This document shows, piece after piece, positions 57,201 through 64,000 of a DNA stretch of 64,000 nt. The stretch comes from Myxococcales bacterium (GTDB lineage: Bacteria > Myxococcota_A > UBA9042 > JABWCM01 > BTVJ01), in the NCBI GenBank assembly GCA_045863395.1, contig BTVJ01000040.1, positions 1-64,000 on the forward strand, in the 5' to 3' direction. Below the pieces are notes generated by a model. It was not told where the DNA came from. It did not search any database and saw nothing but the letters and a program-made list of their open reading frames with translations. Position numbers and translations under genes: made by a program. The first letter of the stretch is position 1. Every line of letters begins with the position of its first letter.

Positions 57201-58730
57201 GACGCCGCCGCACACGCCATCGTGGCAGGCGTCACCCGAGGTGCATGGGTCCTGGTCGTCGCAGGGGCCCCCTTCGGCGACGCCAACGCACGCGTCGCAC
57301 TGGTTCAGCCCGCCAGCGCACACCCCTCCCTGGCATGTCTCGCCCGCCGTGCAAGGGTCCCCGTCGCTGCACGGGGATCCCGCGGGCGCGGTCGCGCACG
57401 GGTCGCACACGGTCACGCCGGGCTTGCAGACACCCGCCACGCACAGGTCGCCCAAGGTGCACGGGTCGCCGTCAGCGCACGGGGTGCCATTGCCGGCCTG
57501 GCCCGCGACGCACCCGCCGGTCGCCGGGTCGCAGGCGGAGGTAGCGCAGGAGGCGCCGGCAGGCGCGCTGCACACCGGAACGCTCCCGGGGGCCACGGTA
57601 CACGTGCCTCCCACGCATCCCAGGGTGCCGTTGCAGAGGTTGTCGTCGTCGAAGGGCGCGCACTCCGCGTCGGCGCCGCACGGGCCGCACAGGTCGGCGC
57701 CGCTCACGCAGGCCCCGGCCTCGCAGCGGTCGGGCTGGGTGCACCCGTTGCCGTCGCTGCACCCGGAGCCGTTCGGGAGGGCGGCGTCGACGCACGCGCC
57801 CGTCGCCGGGTCGCACGCCGGTGCCACGCACGATCCCGGTTGTGCGGCGGGGCACTTCACGACCGTCGCCGGGTCCGCCGCGCAGCTCCCGTCCACGCAG
57901 CGGAGCCAGCCGTTGCACAGGTTGCCGTCGTCGAAGGGGGCGCAGTCCGCGTCGGTCGTGCAGGCACAGGCGGGCGACGGGGTCCCCACGCAGAGGCCAG
58001 AGGCGCAGGTGTCCGCCTCCGTGCACGCGTTGCCGTCGTCGCACGGATTCTGGTTGGGGGCGTGGACGCAGCCAGCCTCCGGGTCGCAGGCATCCGTGGT
58101 GCATTGATCGTCGTCGTCGCAGTCCACGGCGAACCCCGTACCGCCCAGCGGCACGCAGATGAACACCACGTCCTGCTGGAGGTTCACCACGCTCTTGCAC
58201 TGGAAGCCCTTGGGGCAGCTCTCCAGGCACAGTTCGGTGCAGATTTGCTTCGATTCGGTGAGCGTTATGCAAAAACCGCTGTCGCAGTCGTTGTTGTCGA
58301 AGCAGGATGAGCCCAAGTCTCCAGGTGAAGCCTCAATCGCTGCGATACCTCCGCAAGCTCCCTGGAAGCAGACGGTCTCTATGGTGCACGCGTTGGCGTC
58401 GTCGCATGGGGTCGCGTTCGGCGCCATCGCCGACTTGCACGAGCCCGCTTCGCACCACGCCTCGATGCACGAGTCTCCGCCGGCGATGGCGGCGCAGTCC
58501 GCGTCCTGCGTGCACGGGGTGGCCTGCGCAGTGTCCGCGGCGTCGGCCGGGTCGACGCCCTGCACGTCGGGGCCGGGGGCGTCGACCTGCGCCACGTCCG
58601 TGCTCGGCGCGTCGCTGGCGCCTGTCGGAACGTCCTCCGTGCAGGCGGTCAACAGGGCGGTCCAGGCGAGGGTGGACGCGAAGCGAAGCAGTCCGCGCAG
58701 CGGCGGCGCCGCCAAGAGCTGGTCAATCAT
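54207..58730 (-). CDS. Giant cysteine-rich repeat lipoprotein (CDDGNxCT repeats)
   Basis: Lipobox LLTAC; dozens of CDDGN(P/A)CTxDxC units; 1507 aa. Confidence 0.88.
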   Translation of the reverse strand: MIDQLLAAPPLRGLLRFASTLAWTALLTACTEDVPTGASDAPSTDVAQVDAPGPDVQGVDPADAADTAQATPCTQDADCAAIAGGDSCIEAWCEAGSCKSAMAPNATPCDDANACTIETVCFQGACGGIAAIEASPGDLGSSCFDNNDCDSGFCITLTESKQICTELCLESCPKGFQCKSVVNLQQDVVFICVPLGGTGFAVDCDDDDQCTTDACDPEAGCVHAPNQNPCDDGNACTEADTCASGLCVGTPSPACACTTDADCAPFDDGNLCNGWLRCVDGSCAADPATVVKCPAAQPGSCVAPACDPATGACVDAALPNGSGCSDGNGCTQPDRCEAGACVSGADLCGPCGADAECAPFDDDNLCNGTLGCVGGTCTVAPGSVPVCSAPAGASCATSACDPATGGCVAGQAGNGTPCADGDPCTLGDLCVAGVCKPGVTVCDPCATAPAGSPCSDGDPCTAGETCQGGVCAGGLNQCDACVGVAEGGPCDDQDPCTSGDACHDGVCGGVPYDCEDEDQCTDDQCTGDGGCTFPPSADGTPCVDDDVCSSDDLCKSGVCTSGVGEACDDGSPCTLDACDPESGCSFGPADFGIPCEDGNPCTIDDLCVGGFCFGGGITDCDDGAPCTTDACDVVLGCVHAATSGGPCDAGDACLGTGICTTGVCVPGKPTPCDDANPCTDDSCDPASGCHHVPNTAPCTDGNGCTASDTCDGGVCVSGANICQCTTDAECAALGDACTKLVCVASGPFSFCVPDTVASVSCPPSSSPCAVNACDPTTGTCALLPANEGAACEDGDACTAQSACLSGQCVGGASTPCDDGNPCTADACDVAAGCLHTPTVAACDDANACTIGEACSGGTCSGGTFVSCNDGNPCTDDACVPATGCASAPNIAPCDDANACTAGDTCAGGACVGGANLCTCDTDADCAPFDDGDPCTGVVLCDKSGATPECKVAPGSVVTCDGSNDTACIKSACNPTTGACAPVPAASGAPCDDGDACTVGDACSDGLCASATPAVCDDGNPCTADACNPATGCASVPQAGPCDDGNACTVGDACADGTCASGVNQCACSTDDDCAPAEDGDLCNGRLMCDTLQGACVLDLTSVVKCPGAGNPCQAVACQPSTGACIITEAAEGQPCDDGNACTTLDVCSAGQCKGALPVSCNDGNMCTADSCSPASGCVNAPITAPCEDGDLCTKGDKCVAGACAPGNNVCKCKDTADCVKKEDGNACNGTYLCAGGSSAKGKPSGTCVAAAGSVVTCVDGSAYDCVVAHCAPATGLCDALAAATGTACDDGDACTIGDHCLSGTCVGSATLACNDGNPCTADACDPGAGCTSSPAPGPCDDGLACTTGETCEAGACVPADNDCGCESDADCGQWEDGNLCNGTLRCWNGTCAPDPGTVVTCPPTANACTVALCEPATGSCAVSPVTDGAPCSDLDPCTWGDACLGGACAGAATVACDDQNQCTTDTCTPGLGCVHTPRQGQCDDGNPCAGPDICMNGLCLPKDNKCK

Positions 58731-58878
58731 GGTGTTCCTCGAAGTGGGGAGGAGTGCGGTCTCACAGCGAAACTACGACGGGCGTCGGGCGAAGATACGC
58801 GTCGCGTCCTTCGCGCGCGTAGCCTGCGGCTCGACCCGCCACGGAACCGCCGCTAGACTCCGACCCCCGGGAGGATCG

Positions 58879-60855
58879 ATGGACACGATGGCAACGACCG
58901 GCACGCCCGCCAACGACGCGCTCCTGGACGCCCTCCGGCGCACCTTCGGCCACGCGGACTTCCGCGAGGGGCAGCGGGAGGTGGTCGAGGCGGTGCTCGC
59001 CGACCGGCCCGTGATCGGGGTGATGCCGACAGGCGCCGGCAAGTCCCTCTGCTACCAGCTCCCGGCCGTGATCTCCGAGGGGACCACGGTCGTGGTCTCA
59101 CCCCTCATCGCGCTGATGAAGGACCAGGTCGACGCGCTCGTTGCCCGCGGCGTCGAGGCGACCTTCGTCAACAGCACGCTGACCCCCGCGGAGCGAGACG
59201 CCCGCATGAGGGACGCGGCAGCCGGGCGCTGGCGGCTGCTCTATGTCGCGCCCGAGCGCTTCCGAAGTGACCCGTTCCTCGACGCCATGGGGCGTGTGCG
59301 CGTCGCGCGGGTCGCCATCGACGAGGCACACTGCATCTCCCAGTGGGGGCACGACTTCCGGCCAGACTACGCGCGCCTGGGCGACGCGCTCAGGGCGCTC
59401 GGGCTCCAGCGGGTCTGCGCCTTCACCGCCACGGCGACCCCGCTCGTCCGCGCCGACATCGAGCGGGTCCTCGGTCTCACGGCTCCGGACGTCTTCGTCC
59501 ACGGCTTCCGCCGCGCCAACCTCACCCTGCGCGTCGTGCCCATCAAGCGGATGCCCGACAAGCTGACCCACATCCAGCGCCTGATGCGGACCCTGCCCGG
59601 GTCGGGCATCGTCTACGTCGCAACCCGAAAGAACGTGGAGGCTGTCGCGCAGGCGCTGATCCCGGCGGGCGTCGGAGTCGGTGTCTACCACGGCGGCCTG
59701 ACGGACGACGAGCGCACGCGGGCCCAGGACGCCTTCATGGCGGGCGAGGCGCGGGTGATGGTCGCGACCAACGCCTTCGGCATGGGCATCGACAAGGCGG
59801 ACATCCGCTGGGTGGTCCACCACGACATGCCCGGCTCCCTGGAGGCCTACTACCAGGAGGCGGGCCGCGCGGGTCGCGACGGGCTCCCGTCGGAGTGCGC
59901 AGTGCTGTTCACCTATGCGGACACCCGCATCCACGAGTTCTTCATCGACCGCATCGGAGAGGACCGGCCCATCGGAGACCCGGACGTCGAGCGTCTCAAA
60001 GACATGGAGCGCCAGAAGCTGCGACGGATGATCGCGTACTGCTACTCGGACCGCTGCCGCCACGCCGAGATCCTCGGGTACTTCGGCGAGCACACCGCCA
60101 CGACGACCTGCGACGCGTGCGACAACTGTGAGGCCCACGCGGGGCTGACGACGCCCGCCTGGGCGGCGGCGGGGCGCGCGCCCCAGCGCCCGGGCCGCTC
60201 CCGGGGTGCCAGCGACGCGATGCTCACCGAGGGGCGGGCCCTCTCGGAGGACGAGGCGGTGATCGTCCAGAAGCTGCTCTCGGCGTTTGCCCGGGCCAAC
60301 GGCCTGGCATCCGCCCAGGTCGTCCTGCGGGTGGTCCGGGGCGAAGATCGCGACGTCCCCGAGGCGCTGCGGGACAGCAAGAGCTTCGGGATCCTGCGGG
60401 GGATGAAGATCGGGACGCTCCAGCCCCTCGTCGCCGAGCTGGGCCGGCGGGGCATCCTCACTGCACGAGCGCGGGGCGCGATGGACATCACGCCGTTGGG
60501 CAGGGAGGTCATGTGGCGGAGGGCGGACGTGCACCTCGATGTGCCCGCCTTCGGGGGCCGTGTTTCGCAGCGCCTGGGAGCGTCCGGTGGGGGGCGCGCC
60601 GGCGTGACCCTCGCCGACGAGGGCGCTGAGGACCCCGCGCTGTTCGAGGCGTTGCGCGTCCTGCGCAAGGAGCTCGCCGCCGAGGAGGCCGTCCCGCCCT
60701 ATGTCGTGGCCCACGACACCGTGCTGCGTCGCCTGGCGGCGAGCAAGCCGACCACCCCCGACGCCATGCTCGCCATCAAGGGCGTCGGTCCCACGAGCCT
60801 CGAGCGCTACGGCTCACGGTTCCTGGACGTCATCCGGCGCTTCGTCGGGCGGTGA
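58879..60855 (+). CDS. recQ: ATP-dependent DNA helicase RecQ
   Basis: MPTGAGKSLCYQLP, DEAHCISQWGHDFRP, ATNAFGMGIDK, YYQEAGRAGRDG, Zn site CDACDNC, HRDC VPPYVV. Confidence 0.95.
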   Translation: MDTMATTGTPANDALLDALRRTFGHADFREGQREVVEAVLADRPVIGVMPTGAGKSLCYQLPAVISEGTTVVVSPLIALMKDQVDALVARGVEATFVNSTLTPAERDARMRDAAAGRWRLLYVAPERFRSDPFLDAMGRVRVARVAIDEAHCISQWGHDFRPDYARLGDALRALGLQRVCAFTATATPLVRADIERVLGLTAPDVFVHGFRRANLTLRVVPIKRMPDKLTHIQRLMRTLPGSGIVYVATRKNVEAVAQALIPAGVGVGVYHGGLTDDERTRAQDAFMAGEARVMVATNAFGMGIDKADIRWVVHHDMPGSLEAYYQEAGRAGRDGLPSECAVLFTYADTRIHEFFIDRIGEDRPIGDPDVERLKDMERQKLRRMIAYCYSDRCRHAEILGYFGEHTATTTCDACDNCEAHAGLTTPAWAAAGRAPQRPGRSRGASDAMLTEGRALSEDEAVIVQKLLSAFARANGLASAQVVLRVVRGEDRDVPEALRDSKSFGILRGMKIGTLQPLVAELGRRGILTARARGAMDITPLGREVMWRRADVHLDVPAFGGRVSQRLGASGGGRAGVTLADEGAEDPALFEALRVLRKELAAEEAVPPYVVAHDTVLRRLAASKPTTPDAMLAIKGVGPTSLERYGSRFLDVIRRFVGR

Positions 60856-61845
60856 GGCGTCCTCCGGGTCCGGGGGCGCGTCCGGGTCTCGGGGCCCGAG
60901 GACGCTGAGCGCGCGGCGCTTGACGAGCGGGCTCGTCGTCGGGTCGGCCGCCAGCGCCGCCAGCGCGGCCCGCGCCTTTCGCCCCTCCTTCGGCTCCAGC
61001 GCGCCCACGGCCTCGAGGCCGTTGATCGCCTCGAGGCGGGTGACGTCGTCCCGCGACCGGAGGGCCTCGATGAGCACCTTGGTCGCGATGGGGTCGCCGA
61101 TCTGCCCGAGCGCCGACACGATGGGCGCCTTGGTTTTCGCCTCGGCCCCCTTCCACGCCGCGATCAGCGCCTCGGCCGCCTCGGGGTCTCGCAGGGAGCC
61201 GAGCGCCTGCGCCGCGGCATCACGCAGCTCAAGGCGCGGAGACGAGGTCAGCACCCTGGAGAGTGTCTCGACGGCTCGGACGTCGCGGATCTGGCCGAGC
61301 GCCCACACCGACTCGCGCTGGACGTCCGGGCGCTGGTCGTTGACCAGGCGCCCCAGTGCCGGCACGGCCACCCCTACGCGCAGGAACGCCAGGACCCGGA
61401 TCGCCTCGACGCGCACCTCGGTGGGGTAGCGCTCCGCGAGCAACGCGATCAGCGGCTGGTCCGCCGCGTGCCCGAGCGCGCGGACCTCCCCGAGCAGCTC
61501 GCGAGCGCACGCGACGTCCGCGCCACAGCGGGATCGCTTGACCACCAGCTCCTCGACCACGCCGCCTCCGGTGGCCACAGGCGGGGCGACGGGCGGCGCC
61601 ACCGTCTCCGTGGCCGGCCCCAGGCTGGGCGCCTCGGGAACGTTGAGTCCCGCGCCGGCCGCCTGGCCCTTCTCTCGGAACTCCTTGATCTGGTCGTTGT
61701 TGAGGCCCTCGTCCATCAGCTTGCAGGCCCCCACCGCCACGAGGCCGGCAAGGAGGAGCCGGGGGCCTCTGCGGAATGTCGCGGCCGGGCGGGCATCGAG
61801 GGTCGCGCTCGGGGTCATGTTCCAATCCTGCGGTCGCTGGTCCAT
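60814..61845 (-). CDS. HEAT-repeat lipoprotein
   Basis: Lipobox AVGAC; repeats VQRESVWALGQI, LRDAAAQALGSL, IVSALGQIGD; start approximate. Confidence 0.75.
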   Translation of the reverse strand: MDQRPQDWNMTPSATLDARPAATFRRGPRLLLAGLVAVGACKLMDEGLNNDQIKEFREKGQAAGAGLNVPEAPSLGPATETVAPPVAPPVATGGGVVEELVVKRSRCGADVACARELLGEVRALGHAADQPLIALLAERYPTEVRVEAIRVLAFLRVGVAVPALGRLVNDQRPDVQRESVWALGQIRDVRAVETLSRVLTSSPRLELRDAAAQALGSLRDPEAAEALIAAWKGAEAKTKAPIVSALGQIGDPIATKVLIEALRSRDDVTRLEAINGLEAVGALEPKEGRKARAALAALAADPTTSPLVKRRALSVLGPRDPDAPPDPEDASPPDEAPDDVQEP

Positions 61846-61996
61846 CGGGGCCTCTGGCCCGCCCGCGATCCTAGTGCACGGCGGGCGCGAGGTCCACAAC
61901 GCGCTCCCCGCGAGGCGTGGCGGGACGGTTGCGGGGTGCCCACCCATCTGCGACGATGGCGCGCCCGGCTCCCGGAGGCCGGCAGGGAGTCCACCC

Positions 61997-63136
61997 ATGC
62001 AGCCGCTCACATGGTGCGAAGTCAGCCGATCCGCCCTGATGCACAACGTGCGCGAGCTACGCCGCGCCGTCGGAGCGCGACCCCTGCTGGCGCCGGTCGT
62101 CAAGGCGAACGCCTACGGCCACGGCACGCTGATCGCTGCGCGCGCCTTCCTCGCGGCCGGGGCAGACTGGCTCTGCGTCAACGAGGTCCGCGAGGCTGCG
62201 CTGCTTCGGGCCGCTGGCCTCGGCTGCCCCATCCTCGTCGTCGGTCACGTTCCGCCCTCTCACGTGCCGGTCGCGGCGGACCTCGGCCTGCGCTTCGTCG
62301 CCTATGACCAGGCGGTGGTGTCCGCGGCGGCGGCCGAGGGGGTGCGTCTGGGCGTGCCGGTCCGGCTCCACGTCAAGGTGGAGACCGGCAACCACCGGCA
62401 GGGCCTGTCCCACGTCGACGCCGTTTCCCTCGCCGCCCTCATCGAGGCGACGGACGGGGTCGCGCTGGAGGGAGCGTCCACCCACTTCGCCGACGTGGAG
62501 GACACGACGGACCACAGCTTCGCCGAGCTCCAGCTCGCGCGGTTCAGGGCCTTCGTGGAGGCGTGCCGTGGCCGCGGCATGTCCCTGCCCGTGCTCCACT
62601 GCGCCAACTCCGCTGCCGCGATCCTGTGGGAGGAGGCAGGCTTCGACCTGGTGCGGCCCGGGATCGCTGCCTATGGCATGTGGCCGTCCAAGGAGACGCT
62701 GATCTCGGCGCTGCTGGAGCGCCGCCACCATCTGACCCTGGAGCCGGCGCTGACCTGGAAGGCGCTCATCGCCCAGGTCAAGCCGGTGAGCGCAGGGAGC
62801 TGGGTCGGCTACGGGCGGTCCTGGCAGGCGACCCACGACATGCGCCTGGCCGTGGTCACGGTCGGCTACTACGACGGCTATGACCGGCGCCTGTCGAACC
62901 AGGCGCACGTCCTCGTCCGCGGCCACCGCGCACCCGTGGTCGGGCGCGTGTGCATGGACTTCATCATGGTGGACGTGAGCGACGTCCCGGATGTGGCGCC
63001 CGGGGAGGAGGCCGTGCTGCTCGGGGCGAGCGGAGGAGGGCGCATCAGCGCCGAGCAGCTCGCGGGCTGGATCGGCACCATCAACTATGAGGTCACGACG
63101 CGCATCGGCGAGCACGTCCCGCGCATCGAAGCGTAG
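61997..63136 (+). CDS. alr: Alanine racemase
   Basis: VVKANAYGHG PLP lysine, HVKVETG, VRPGIAAYG, GYYDGY, VGRVCMD, GTINYE. Confidence 0.97.
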   Translation: MQPLTWCEVSRSALMHNVRELRRAVGARPLLAPVVKANAYGHGTLIAARAFLAAGADWLCVNEVREAALLRAAGLGCPILVVGHVPPSHVPVAADLGLRFVAYDQAVVSAAAAEGVRLGVPVRLHVKVETGNHRQGLSHVDAVSLAALIEATDGVALEGASTHFADVEDTTDHSFAELQLARFRAFVEACRGRGMSLPVLHCANSAAAILWEEAGFDLVRPGIAAYGMWPSKETLISALLERRHHLTLEPALTWKALIAQVKPVSAGSWVGYGRSWQATHDMRLAVVTVGYYDGYDRRLSNQAHVLVRGHRAPVVGRVCMDFIMVDVSDVPDVAPGEEAVLLGASGGGRISAEQLAGWIGTINYEVTTRIGEHVPRIEA

Positions 63137-63161
63137 GGGCATGGGGCCAGAGGGAGGCCGA

Positions 63162-63860
63162 ATGGCTCAGGGAGCCGCGTTCTTCGACATGGACAGGACG
63201 CTCGTCGCCGCGAACACCGGGCGGGTGTATGCCGAGCACCTCCACCGCACCGGGCGGCTGACCCTCGGGCAGGTCGCGCGGGTGGCAGCGCTGCTGGCCG
63301 GGTATCGCCTGAGCCTCATCGATCTGGCCCCCGTGATGGAGCGAATGATCGGCACGATGCGGGGAGCCAGCGAGGCGGCGCTGGTCGAGGACTGCGAGGA
63401 GCTGTTCGAGCGGATGGTGCGGCCCACCATCTATACGGAGGCGTCCACCTGTGTCGCGGCCCATCGCGCGCAAGGCGAGCCGGTGGTGATCATCAGCGCG
63501 TCCACCCCCTACCTGGTCCGCCCCCTCGCCGAGCACCTGGGCATGGACGGCTGGCTCAGCACCCGCCCGATGGCCGAGGGCGGCGTGTTCACGGGCGACT
63601 ACGAGCGCCCGCTGTGCTACGGCGCCGGCAAGGTCGAGTGGGCGCGGCGCTGGTGTGAAGAGCGCGGCTTGACCTTGGCCGCGTCGGCGTTCTACACGGA
63701 CTCCTACTCGGACCTGCCGCTGCTCGTGGTGGTGGGGCGTCCATTCGTGGTCAACCCGGACCTGCGGCTGCGTGCAGCCGCGCTGCGCCGCCGCTGGCCC
63801 GTCCTGCGCTTCCGCGAGACGGTCGGGACACCGGCGAAACCCAAGGAGAGCACCCCATGA
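63162..63860 (+). CDS. HAD superfamily IB (phosphoserine phosphatase-like) hydrolase
   Basis: [31 protein letters not shown]. Confidence 0.9.
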   Translation: MAQGAAFFDMDRTLVAANTGRVYAEHLHRTGRLTLGQVARVAALLAGYRLSLIDLAPVMERMIGTMRGASEAALVEDCEELFERMVRPTIYTEASTCVAAHRAQGEPVVIISASTPYLVRPLAEHLGMDGWLSTRPMAEGGVFTGDYERPLCYGAGKVEWARRWCEERGLTLAASAFYTDSYSDLPLLVVVGRPFVVNPDLRLRAAALRRRWPVLRFRETVGTPAKPKESTP

Positions 63861-64000
63861 CATTGAACCTGGAGCGGTCCGAGCAGGCGTTCGCGCGCGC
63901 GGCGCAGTCCATCCCCGGCGGTGTGAACAGCCCCGTGCGGGCGCTGCGGGCGGTGGGCGGGACCCCGTTCTTCGCGGCGAGCGGCGCCGGATCCACCGTC
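63857..64000 (+). CDS. hemL: Glutamate-1-semialdehyde 2,1-aminomutase, 5' part (truncated by the window edge)
   Basis: Manual translation [43 protein letters not shown] overlap with the HAD gene. Confidence 0.88.
   Translation, partial: MTLNLERSEQAFARAAQSIPGGVNSPVRALRAVGGTPFFAASGAGSTV

Overview
A very GC-rich bacterial chromosome segment, most likely Myxococcota. This is inferred from a MYXO-CTERM-like matrixin, FHA-sigma54 activators, a Ser/Thr kinase, MJ0042-type Zn-ribbon/GYF_2-like proteins and a giant Cys-repeat lipoprotein. Most of the window is core or envelope genes: a ktrB/ktrA K+ uptake operon, a larB-larC-LolA-like-OM barrel-rph operon, recN, an apbE operon, selB, a HrpA-like helicase, a cobalamin-riboswitch-controlled btuB-(btuG-like)-btuF-btuC-btuD operon, recQ, alr, a HAD phosphatase and partial hemL. 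The most unusual part is about 35.9-41.1 kb, directly downstream of the B12 uptake operon. It holds a compositionally atypical three-gene cassette (a lipoprotein with a C14 homopolymer right after its lipobox, a 945-aa multidomain metzincin protease, and a Cys-rich lipoprotein). Next comes a relic of a second btuC allele with a 492-bp in-frame deletion and almost only synonymous differences from the resident btuC, then a probably leaderless MNT-HEPN toxin-antitoxin pair. No rRNA, tRNA, CRISPR array, integrase or transposase was recognised. All family assignments come from motif recognition by eye, not database searches.
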